DNA from: Hydrolagus colliei
Lineage: Eukaryota
Direction of reading: 5' to 3'
Assembly: GCA_035084275.1 (NCBI GenBank)
Contig: CM068750.1
Coordinates: 8,494,001-8,558,000, forward strand
DNA: 64,000 nt
Below, piece by piece: positions 1-12,000 of the stretch. The notes under the pieces are model-generated. The model was not told the origin of the DNA, searched no databases, and saw only the letters and a list, made by a program, of their open reading frames with translations. Positions within the stretch are counted from its first letter, which is position 1. Each line of letters opens with the position of its first letter. The translations under genes and the position numbers were made by a program.

Positions 1-641
1 TGAAGGTAAATCAGTGGAGATTATAATAATTCTGAACAGTGAGCTTGTTTTAAAATCACTGGAACTGCATTTCATACGTTTTCCAAATGTACAGTTTTCC
101 AAATGTACAGTTTATGTTCTCATATTCAAGGTTCAGGACTGAATCTTTTGAATATTTTGAGCGTTTTAGTTCTGTTCCCTCCCTCCCAATTTTACAAACT
201 CCCCACACAGTTTCTTTCTCCCCTTCTCCCTCCTATTCTTCAACCAAAAGCAGCTAATTCATCGTGTCTTTTATGAAATGGGTAATTTTGTTCAAACTTC
301 AATTTTCTACCTTTGCTATTAAACTCACACAAACGTTGCAATAGATTTCACTGAATAGGAAACATGGGTGATTCCCCCCCCCCACCACCCCCAGTCCTAC
401 ATGCCCATACTCCAGTTAAGATCAGCAAGCACACAGAATATGAATCAAACTGGGACTTTTCAAACTCAGACTTAAGAGTTAACTGGGCCATCAATTAGAA
501 TAAGTCACCTATTTTTTATATGTAAACATGAATACAACATTCTCCTGTAACATAAATATTCTGCTGTGAATGTGGCATTGAGAACCTTCCTGTTGTTTAC
601 TAGACATTTTTAAAGGTGACGTTCAACTGTTTGTATTTTAG

Positions 642-3600
642 GGTCACATTGTTCAGAACTGGAAAGCAAGGTGGTTTGTTTTATCCAAAGATCAACTTCT
701 TTACTATAAGATTGAACAAGGAAGGAAAGAATCTCAACCCAGAGGACAGATTCCGCTCCAGAGTTGCACTCTTGTCTGTCCCTGTGTGGATTATGAAAAC
801 CGGCCGGTAAGAACTATGAGGAGTGATAGTATCTTTATGTGGACGCCAGTGCCTATGAAACTTTTTCTCTGATTTATTGTGACTTCAAAGATTAAGGATC
901 ATTTAATGAAGGATCTTATTTTATTTGCTCGTCTTCTCTTGCCTGAGCTGTTTACATTTAATTTTAGTTTGAGACTAATTTTAACAAAGAACAGTCTGAT
1001 ATCTGAGGCATTGAACATCTCATAAAAGCTGTTATCGGATTCCAAGTAAACCTTCCCAGCTGTTAAATGATAGGAGTAAAGTGTAACTCTTTAAGAGTTA
1101 ATAGATGTCAGGCATACAAGAGAACTGATTATATATGTTTCTTAGCATCGCTGGGCTAGGGACGGGGAAATATGGTCATCTCGTTAGAAAAGGATCGAGC
1201 TCTGATGTGAGACCCCACTGTGGGATTAGATGACAGCAGGTATCAGTACTCATTTGTTTGTGAAACCTTCTCCCAACATTAATGGATGCCTTCAGGAGAA
1301 GGAACACAAAAAGTCTTGTTGGATAATATGACATTTACAGTGTACTTTCAATTTGCTTTGTTTGATGGTGGGTGAGGGGTGGATGTGATCTACATTTTCC
1401 TATAAGAAAGCAGGATACAGACTGTTGTTGTGTTGTCCTCTGTGTTTTCAACAAACTTAGCTGTGGAATATAAATCCAAGAGATGTTCTAGGCAGTGTGA
1501 AAGCTCAGCCACCAGGAGACGCAGCGAGCTTTGTTACAGTGCTGTACTGAGTACTATGCAGTTCTGTACTGTATATCCATTCCCTCGTTTCCAAAATAGC
1601 ATATTTGTTCATGTTAATGTTACTGGCCTTTAGAGACCAAAAGGAAAAGGAACCTTGTGCCAGATAAGAGTGCAATATTCTACACAGGATGTTAGTGTTC
1701 AGACTGACAACACAGTACTAAGTGATTATTGGCATTTGAAATTCATTCCAAACCATTGAATCATACAACAACAACAACAACAACTTTGATTTATATAGCG
1801 CCCTCCATGCTGGATGGCGTCTCAGAGCGCTTCACAGTAACAGATCCTGGGGGGCGAGCCAGGGGCAGGGGGAGAAAGGTGACCGAAGGCGCGGTCGAAG
1901 AGAAAGGTCTTTAGCCGAGACCTGTAACTGGCAATAATCATGTGGCTACAATACAAACTGTCAATACAGGATAGAACTTTGTCACACAAAAAAACAAGAA
2001 CTGAAGCTGAGGACTAAGTCTGAGCGTGTACTTTTTTTTAATAGCTGATGATTAAATTGAAGACTCAGACATGTATTGAGCATTACCTTCAAGCTTGTTC
2101 CCGTGAAGAACGTGATTCCTGGGCTGCTGATATTAATAAAGTGATCAAAGCTGTTAATCCAGAGCAGACACAACAGTTGAGGACACCCTTAAACGGAACA
2201 TCAGACATCAGTCTCAAGTACGTATTCATAATCCTTTTAGTTAGTTTTCTACACTTTTATTCTGTCCCACCCTGGAGTAGGGCTTCAAGACTACCAGAGA
2301 CCCCCTCTGATACCCCCAATCAATTTAAAATTCTTAATATGTGAACCAAGTTGTACTACATTGTCTTTATTAAATTAACCATTGGAGAGAAGTGGGATCT
2401 TGAAATGTGCATTATTATCAACCGGTTTTCATTGATTAATAACTAAATTCATTTCATTTCATATCATAATATACGGTTAAGATTACACACTCTTTATTAT
2501 TTCATCCAAATAATGCAGCATTCAGTGTACGATATATTGCTCCATTCACCTAGAACATCAAAACAAATGCTATTGGTTATTTTACATCTTTGTAACAAAT
2601 AGTTATATGTAGGGGTTATAATGGATGCCTTATTGATTATTGTAATAACTGTACCTTTTTGTCCTGCAGTCATTTGATCGATACCATGCACGATAATAAC
2701 GGTGGGATAAAGGAGGTGACAAACATAGAATGTGGGAACACCTACAAGTTGACTTTCACTGGTAAGGGAAGGAAGCAGAGGAAGATGTACACAACCAAAA
2801 CACAAATCACCAGTTCTCAATTTCCTCGAATGGTCTGCAGTTGTTTACCTAGTTGTGTGAATGTTGCATAAAGTTGCCTTGTGGGTACTTAATCATGATA
2901 CCTGCAGAATTGTGCAACCTGAGTGATAGCTGCAGGGTCTCTGTGATCTCAATGGGTGGGAGGGAGTCCAGGTGCAGTTTCTTAACTCTGTTTTCAGCAG
3001 TAACCTAATGGTCCATTTCATGCTTTGACCCTGTAATTATTATTTGTGATGTTGATCGAGTTGCCGGGAAACCAGTTTAAATGCTTCCCTCCTCCCATTC
3101 CCTGATGCACTTAGATAACATTTCTCGGCAAGAAACCCTCACAGTGACTGACATAAACTGAAAGCCACTGAACGTGTCCAGACAACAAATTAGTTGAGGC
3201 TGATCACACCTGGTATACCTTTCATTATTTCCGTACCTGCTCCAATATTCTCCTGTCCTCTTTTGAGGGTGCTTTGAAACCTATTTACTTTTAACGCATA
3301 TTTTATACATATTGGCCACCCTCCCAACACCACTCCCATGTTACCTCAAGGGGGTTACTGTTCACCTGGGCTTTGTCAGCGTTGATTTGCTATTTGATTG
3401 AATGAAGAGCACTGCAGCCAAGCCCAACCCTACCCTGGCCTGTTGTTTTCTTTCAAACACATATAGACACATGCAGTATCTTCCAGAGGATGTTGCAGAA
3501 CTTTTGGCTGATTAACCCCTCCCTATCCTCTAGAGATCTACTGATTCAGCAAAGATGGGGGTGGGCTTCTGGGGCCTTGCAGATCTGTATGACTCAGTTG

Positions 3601-6356
3601 CTTAATTAATACAATCTCTGAGCTATTGAGGAAATGGTGTTTAATCTAATGAATGTGATTTTTTTTTAAACAGTACTTACTTATTGCCGTCAAGCCAGAA
3701 ATGCTGATACAATACCATTGAAAGAAATTATCATTACCATTTTGCTCTTTCTGATATGGAGTTAACTATTTTCCTACTTCCCATGTGTTTATCTCTGAAG
3801 GTTCATCAGTGGTGGACTGGGTGATATCCTGGAATTTTGCCCAATCCCGTTTGGATGCTGTCACGGTAGCCTCAATCCTGGTCGAAGAAAATCTCATTGC
3901 GCCAGTGGGACCAAAAAGCACAAAACTTGTGCGCAGCATGCCAGTCAGAGAGCAGTTAATGGATGATTCAACTGTACTTTATTGTTTCGTAAGTATGCTT
4001 GCTGTCTGTGCTCAGCTAGCCAGTGTTTATTCATCTGGTTCGCTGTCCTTATTTAAAATCCATAATTGAAAGTAATTTAGTGATCTTGTAACTGGGGGGA
4101 TATCTCAGGGCAGTTAATTCTATTATAACCTAGTAACGAATGATCAGATCAGTACCACTTAGGACCTATAATGTGTGTTTTTTTTACACACTGTGGTATG
4201 GGTGTGAATGCCTCGGGTTTTGACTTCCCATGTGGAGGAAAAGCCTAAAACGCAGATCTGTTCTTATTTTGCCTACAGTACCAGTGCTGGATGTGAGCCT
4301 CTCCTTTAACCCATGTATTTTCTCCTGCAGATTGAAAATAAGAACAAAATTGACAACTCCAGTGACATCATAGAAATCAACCCCTTGGAGCTGAGTGGCA
4401 GAATTGTGAAGCAAGGATATTTAATGAAGCAGGTACTTTGATCTCCCATTGAATTAACAGATGATCTTAGCCATTCATTACCTTGGAAATATGAACATAC
4501 TGGAAATAATTAGATTGCAATAAAACTCCCTCCAGCTTTGGAGTTGTCTCCAGTGTTGCCAAACCTTGATTTATTGTCTCAGAAATCTGCTTTTAAGACT
4601 GTTAATCTATCTCCCCCATCCTCACCCCTGACCCTGCTGTGTAATTGTTCTGCCTGGAGCTAGTAAAGCTCATTTGTTAATACAACTTTTTATATATTTT
4701 ATATAAATTCTACTACTCAACTGTATATGTCTAAAGCATTCCGTATTGCATTGTATTTAGGGACACGCCAGAAAAAACTGGAAAGTGCGAAAATTTGTTC
4801 TGAGGGCAGAGCCTGCATACCTGCACTACTATGATCCTTGCAAAGTAAGTGATCCATAATGTATCTTTGTAACTTTCCTTGATAAGGGATATGTCGCTTC
4901 CTTCCTCTACAAGGGTGTCTCCCACCCACCCCAACAACAACAACAACTACTTCGATTTATATAGTGCCCTCCACGCTGGACGGCGTCTCAGAGCGCGTCT
5001 CAGACCCCAAACAACTAGGGAGTCACACAATACAACACAAGTTCTTGAAGACACTCAGACTGATTAGGTTTACTGATAATTATTTGGGGAGTTTGCAGGC
5101 CTATGGGGAGAGAGTGGGGCAGTGGGAGTGATTTGGACGGCACATTTCAAAGAGCCAGTGTAGACATGTTGGCCTCCATCTCTGCTGTATAACTCTACAA
5201 TTCTATGATCTGGCCTCTATTACTGTGGTGAGAGGCCTAGCTAGCTAGCTCAGAGCTGTCACTGGGTAGCACTCACCTCTTCTCACCCACTGTGTGCTCA
5301 GTGATAGGTGAAGAGCGAGACAAGTAACTTGAATGAGGAAAAGGTTCCCTCGCTAAATCAATCAGATTTTTTATTTCCCCGGCTCCTATATTGAATATTT
5401 TTGTTGATCATCCGGGTTTTTGACACCCATGCCAGCTTGGAGCCAATTCAGCTCTCAGGAGCACATACACGAAACACCTTGAAAGCATGTTTCTAATTAA
5501 GAATAAAATGAAACATAACCAATAAATGGCTCACACTCTAACCTGAGCGTAAACGTAATCTCCATAAACTAGCCCAATTAGTTTAAACACAGTGTACAAT
5601 ATCTGACCATGGTTTTCAATTCAAATTCCGCCGCAAGCAATTCCTGGACAGATTATCAGATCATACGAATGCCGACTGTACACTCGGATTTTAAACTAGG
5701 AATGAATCCATATCTTTCAAGGGTTGGGACTAGCAGTTTAATTTCTGCATGTTGTTTTTCACACATGTGAAGTTTGAAACTTTACTGAAAAACCTCAAAC
5801 CTCTGAACAGCTGACTTCAAATGCCTGTTTTCTACGTGTAGGAAAAGGAAGACCATGCCGCTGGTGGATTTGCTCTCCGAAGCTGTTTAATTTCTGCTAT
5901 GGAAGACAATGGAATTGCACCAGGTGAGACAGAATGAGATAATTACACTAATGATCCAACTGGTATCATTAAACGTTTGAAGCACATTGGGTATCTGTGC
6001 TGTTCAATATAAATCAAACATCTATCAAGTCAACTGTGCAGTCACCTATAGGTAAATCATTTTGAAAAGTGCCTTTGTTGTCTTCTTTGGCTTTCTAAAT
6101 TCCTTGTGTGCTGTGGCTTGTATCACAACGGAGGGAAGAGGAGGTAGTTTTGTTTTTCTTAAGCCAGGCACACATTTTTTAAAATATGATTAACATGAAC
6201 GTTCATTACTTGCCTTTCAATCTTGCAGGAATTAAGGGAAATGTTCAAGGCAATCTCTTCAAGATCATCACCATCAATGACGTCCATTATTACATCCAAA
6301 CTGGCTCCCCTGCTGAAAGGTCAGCATGGATCAAGGCAATTAAACAGTTAACATAA
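642..6356 (+). CDS. PLEK2: Pleckstrin-2 (PH-DEP-PH), 5'-partial; coding exons 642-806, 2045-2217, 2670-2761, 3801-3988, 4331-4432, 4761-4844, 5842-5923, 6229-6356
   Basis: Spliced translation: GHIVQNWKARWFVL...CPCVDYENRP / LMIKLKTQT...ACSREERDSW / DEP GSSVVDWVISWNFAQSRLDAV / GHARKNWKVRKFVLRAEPAYLHYYDP / GIKGNVQGNLFKIIT...WIKAIKQLT*. This matches PLEK2 as I recall it. All introns are GT-AG with compatible phases. Confidence 0.96.
1766..1925 (-). mobile_element. Third L2/SINE tail family (also 4933-5000 and 32169-32235)
   Basis: Three copies of (CAA)n CTT[T/C]GATTTATATAG[C/T]GCCCTCCA...GGCGTCTCAG. Confidence 0.75.
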
Positions 6357-6522
6357 ACCCTCTCAAACAAAACAGGAGATGAAAAGACTGAAGAGAACAA
6401 ATGAAAGATATTCCAAAAGCGTATCTATTTCATTGCAAAATATCATTTCCAAAGCAAGGATTTGCTTATAACTCACTTTGCATTTGTGGACAATGTAATA
6501 TACAACAAGGAATGTTATCAAC

Positions 6523-6832
6523 TATAATAATAATCCTTGCATTTGACATAGCGCTTTTTGTGTCTTGTAGACGTCTCAAAGCGCTTCACAGATTATACTG
6601 TAAAGTGAATTGACTGTATATTTTGTGGGTGAAACGCAACAGTCAATTACACACAGCAGTGTACCACAAACAGTCAAGGATTGAGATTAACAATTTTTTA
6701 TTATTGTTTTTTGAGAAGTTATTATCAATGTGTGGAGTTACAAAACTTGCCCAAGGTTTTGCCCTGCCTAGAATCGAACCCACGTCTCTTGCTTGCATGG
6801 CAAGTGCTGTAATCACTGAACTACAGGACTCC
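6523..6832 (-). mobile_element. Full-length tRNA-derived SINE (~310 bp, (ATT)n tail)
   Basis: Minus strand begins GGAGTCCTGTAGTTCAGTG (A box), has GTTCGATTC (B box) and ends ...AAATGCAAGG(ATT)n. Same family as the copies at 10344 and 59622-60227. Confidence 0.88.
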
Positions 6833-6918
6833 ATGTCCTTAAAATTCTGGCAAGTCTACACAACTCAGGTCTGAGTTGATCTGTTGTAAACATTTTCACC
6901 TCACACACTGTGACCCTG

Positions 6919-6924
6919 AATAAA
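6919..6924 (+). promoter_or_regulatory. Candidate PLEK2 polyadenylation signal AATAAA (another at ~7389)
   Basis: First AATAAA I find downstream of the stop at 6356; usage not verifiable. Confidence 0.4.
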
Positions 6925-7984
6925 ATACTAATTACAGTATTAAACCTACTCAAATGCAAGGATTGATTTAATACTGTAATATAAACCCTATACTGTAGCA
7001 CTAAAATACATACAAAACAAAATACTGTAACTCAAAATTAAACGTATTAACTTACTCCCTACCTATAAAATTATTTTCACCTTCTTACTAACCTTGGCTG
7101 CAAGTGTTGAGCACCAAATTAGATTTTTTTTAAATTCAATCTCTTGGTGTTTCAGCCACATATGAAGGTTTGGCTTTCTGGGTTGGGTGGGGGTAGAGTG
7201 GTGAGGTGAGACAGCTCAACTCCCATTGTCATCAGGAATAATTTGTGTAGCATTTGTACAGCACAAAGCACAGTGAACTCTGCTTTGTTGTATATTGTAT
7301 TTATTTTTGAATTATTTATATATTTTATTTTTCTAGATATATCAGCGCTAATTTTAAATGGTTTTGATTTTATACAACTTTTGATATGAATAAAAATGTA
7401 CAATCAATGAAAAAAACCTTTCTCGTACTTGGTTTCTGATTCAATTGCAAAATGTTCCACTAACTTTAGAAATAACTTGTTGCTGTAATGGGAAGGCAGT
7501 TAGTTGGCTCTGTATTCTGAAAGGATGAGATCAAATAGACCTCTCTTGTGACATTACAACAACTTGCACTTATGTAGCACCCGTCCATGCAGGGTAACAT
7601 CTCGGTGTGCTTAATCGGGAGAGTCTGAGAGACATTGCAACACTGTTGGTCTGGAAATATGAGTGTGATCAAAAGTTTTTTTTTACGAGTTATCCCTAAG
7701 TAACTATTAAATAAGGTGAAGCGCAGAGTGATTTTTTAAAAAAGCTCTTCCTGCACTTTTCCTGTTTTCAATTTGAGTCCATGTCTGTGCGTGAGGGACG
7801 CTAATTCAATGTAATTTGTTATTTATGCTGAGGTACAAGGAGGAATGCTGCAATTGGCCTCTGTTCTTTTTGATAGGGAGAGAAAAATGAGCCAGTGTGA
7901 GGATTCCTGTCTTGATTATTGCAGTGCCCCCTACTGGAATGCGTCTATCCATCACCCAGTAGACACAAGACGTCCATGAAAACA

Positions 7985-8075
7985 GTGACTGTGGAGTAAG
8001 GAAATTTACCAACATTTTGCCCTGCTGGGAATCAAACCCAGGTCTCTCGTTTGTGAGGCGAAGCTCTAACCACTT
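7985..8075 (-). mobile_element. SINE 5' fragment. Other fragments of this family lie at ~9400-9543, 13000-13060, 18209-18252, 29684-29780, 33240-33380, 38205-38340, 41390-41483 and 49095-49220.
   Basis: Visible similarity to the head, body or tail of the full-length copies. Confidence 0.65.
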
Positions 8076-9034
8076 TGTGTTGTAGGTGTGGCAGCATGTG
8101 TGTATGCAAATTACCTTTGTCCAGCCAAAAAGCCTGGCGTGAGTAAATGCATTAATCCCACAATTCAATCTACAGTGAGAACTAACTGTGTTGTTTTATG
8201 TGTTTTACCCTCTTGTTCCTTCATTTCTGAACTCCCCATAGCCCCATACCATTTGAGGCCTGAACAGTAGATAATTTTACTTCCTAACAGTTAGCTGTTC
8301 GCTCTGCTGTCAGCCCACACACTGAGCGTTTACAGACTATTTAAACTTGTGCAAGATATCCACAAGAGGGAAGCCAAATCTGCTGATGCAAAGTGTTACT
8401 GAGATTCTGCTAAGGTCCATTGAAACTTTCGATAAACTCGATTGTTCACAATGGAATAAATCATGGGGATAACTTGACATTGACACATTAAAGTTCACTG
8501 CCTTTGCCTTTTTGCTGAAATATAAATATTGCCTAACTTATTTCAGAGCAAATTGCTCACAGGTGGGGTCTCATTTAGAGTTTGTGCTAGCTTTATTTAT
8601 TCAATACATAAGCAATGGTAAGCATTACAGGTGATTCTGACTGTTGGTACCTAATCTAATGCAGCGCAAAGTCAACAATTGGAATCAAATCCAGAACAAC
8701 AGGTAGTTGGAACTTCAGGAATGTTTAATTGCAAAATAATTACAATTTAGTCTATATTATTTATGCATTTTAAAATTTTATTTGGAACAATTGACAATGC
8801 ATGGAACCTTCCACAACAAATCCTTCTCGTTGAATCCCATAAAATAAATAGGAAAAATATACTTTTTCAAGGCCCAACTATTGAAGATGTTCAGGAAATT
8901 GTGTTGCTTTGAAGGCTGGTTGTTTGTTGTTTTGGGACAAGACAAAGGAGCTCTAGGTTTTTTTATACAAAAATTTATAAATGGTTGTGAAAAAAAATCA
9001 CTCCGTCCTTGTGTTCATGTTTTTGTTTTCAGCA

Positions 9035-12000
9035 TCAAACCACTTTAGTCAGGCAAACATCGCCTATGATTTTTAAAGAGGTTAGTTTTGAAAGTTGCTT
9101 TATACGATGTGTAAAATCAAATACTTGCTGCCCGTCAACCTGGACCCGGAACTGCTGGTGTTCACACAGGATTTCCATCTGAAAGCAACATTTCAGTTGT
9201 TACAAATTGAACGCCCTATCACAGAATTCAGTCAGACTCCAGATCTGGTTGGAGCAGCATTAAGTGTGTTCACTGTATAAAGTTAAGAAGCAAATAAATT
9301 TACCAGCGGTCTTCGTTTTTACACCAAGGTTCATTGCTGGGAATAATCAGTTGCGAAAGAGTCTGATATAAATGAAAAATTCATCTTACTTCAATATATC
9401 GTTGTGGGACATTGCTGAGCGCAAATTAAGCGGTACATTCGCCCACAAAATACACAAAGTCACACCACAGTATATCTTGTGAATTGCCCTGAGAGATCTT
9501 GATGACATGATAAAGCACTGTATCAAATATCAGGATTATTATTTCATCAATCGGTCATGCTCGGTTTGAACTGATGAAAATTTTCAACTCACCTTAAAGT
9601 CCTGTGAAGGTGCAAATGGAAAATAAGATAAAATTCTTTCTTCTTTTCCCCATATGCCAGAAACCTTGGCATTTCGTATAACGGTGCGATCCTGAAAGCT
9701 AACGGTCAACTGAAGGCCAATGTCGGTGTCTGGGTCTGAAGAGTTACTGATGAGACTTACAACAAAACTGTGGGATAAAAGCAGATAATGGTATTAGAAT
9801 GAAGTGTTTATAGGAGAAAAATAACATTTGAAATCTATACTCGGGGCAAAAACTTTTACCTTTTCTCTCTCTAGACAGTGGCAACATGTGCTACAACAGA
9901 GATCGAGGATCAACATTCCTCTGATTGATACCTCCCGCATGCTAACTCTTCACATGGGGGTTTGGCTATGAGCTCTGGCAGACTATTGTGCAGAATCCAT
10001 AAGCCTGACCCTGATGGTAACAACGCCCAATATTGGCTTAACACACTCCAAGGCAAAGTACATTTTAACCAGATGTATAGTGAACCAATTGCCAGGCCAT
10101 GCAAACACTGAGTTTTAATCTTAACATCAGATGAGTACTTCTACTGAATGACTGAATTTTTCCAGGTTTCTCTCTAAACTGATGAACTTGTCACATGGAC
10201 TTGTCACAATGGTGTCAGAAAAGAATATAGAGAATGAGTGCAATTTTCATACCATATACAGTACATCTAAACTGCAAAAATGGTCAGTAGGTTCTAAATG
10301 ATTATCTTTCAAAGAGCAATTATCTTTCAGATGAGGAAGGATTGAAGTCCTGTAGCTCAGTGGTTAGAGCACTCGACTTGCAAGCAAGAGACCTGGGTTC
10401 AATTCAGGGAAGGGGGAAATCTTGAGCAAGTTTCCTTACTCCATACGCCTAATAATAATCCCTGCAAAAAAAAAGAATAAATTGATCATTTCAATCCACG
10501 ACTGTTTGTGGGACACTGCTTTGCGCAATTGGCTGCTAGGTTTCACCCATAAATATGCAGTCAATCTACTTTACAATATATTCTGTGACACGCTTTGAGA
10601 TGTCTAGAAGTTGTGAAAAGCATTATATAAAAATGGAAGAATTATTATTATTACTGCATGTATTGAGAGCTGAGGGGAAAGGATGCAATGTTGGAATTCA
10701 GTGGGAGATGTGAAGTGTGATGAAGCACTAAAGATAAGTTGAGGATCGACGAAGCAAAACTGAAAAATCCCAACTTGATCTGATCACATTCAGCTGTTTG
10801 TTTCTTCTATCTTAGAACTATCTTGACCTGGGAGTCCAGCATATAAGCCTCAGTGCAGATATTTTGTACAATCAGAATTGACTTGGAGCCAGAACAAAAT
10901 TACTGAAATTCACTTTTCTCTCATAGAAGTGATTGGACCCCAAACTTTTTTTTGTTCCCGAAGTTCTCTTTCACAGTGACGTCTGGACGCCTATTTTATC
11001 ATAGGAATGAGACATGAAGCTGAATTTCTAACACATCAACACCAACAATAAGATCACTGTAGAAAGATGAAGAACTTTGATGTTTTTTCTCTCCTTTCCT
11101 AACTTTCTTTTTTAGATGCATTATCAATAACGGAGGATTTGTTTGACGAAAATACGACTCTCCAAATGTCTGCATTTTAATCATTGGTGCATTGATCACA
11201 GATTTCATGGTTAGCATGAACTTTTGGTGCTATGAACCTACTGATATGCTGTATTGGAAAACAGATAAACAAGAGATTTGCCAATGACCTCTGTAACAGA
11301 CAACAGTTCACTGGATGAATTCAGGGCCAAGTGTGATAATAATGAATATAGACCATGAAAGCCCAAGCTTTCATGTCTGGTATGTGCTCAGTGTAGTTGA
11401 TCTCATCAAGGCCACCATGATACCACAACAATTGCCCTCAGTATCCCTGGCCTAGGGAATTTGAATGGGGTGGGGGAATCAACCAGGTTTCCTGTTCCTG
11501 ATTTCTACCTAGTGATCCACTGATGCTGGAGATATTGGAATGTCGTTGTGCCAGGAAATCCGTCTTCACATTATGAACCCTCTCTTATGTTTAAGTACAT
11601 TATTATTTTCAGCATGAAAGATTGACAGATGCAGAATTGTGAATGGCAAACAACTGTCCGGCCTTCTCCTTTCCCTTCCCCCACGTCGAGATGTTCCATT
11701 CTCAAACTTGTCAGCTGAATGAAGTTTTCACTTTAGTACCCAGCAAATCTTGAAACAATCTTTCAATTCTGTTTACTTACTAAGATGTCCGCTGACAATC
11801 TCCACCTGCATCAAATTGATCAATGAGCTAACAAGCTAATTTCTGAGATTATTGACTCTTATATTAACAGAAGATTCAATTGTCGTCTTCCCATTACACA
11901 TGTCATCCCTTCAGAATGGAGCAATGTAGGGGAGATCAAATGTATCTGGCAACTACAGGTTCCCTACAACGGCAGGTATCTAGTTCCTTATAATATTTAC

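Noticed and set aside
9875-10130. Plus-strand acceptor-like site suggesting an antisense exon inside the galectin-like gene
   Set aside because: The frames I translated close quickly and show no homology; cannot be supported without RNA data.
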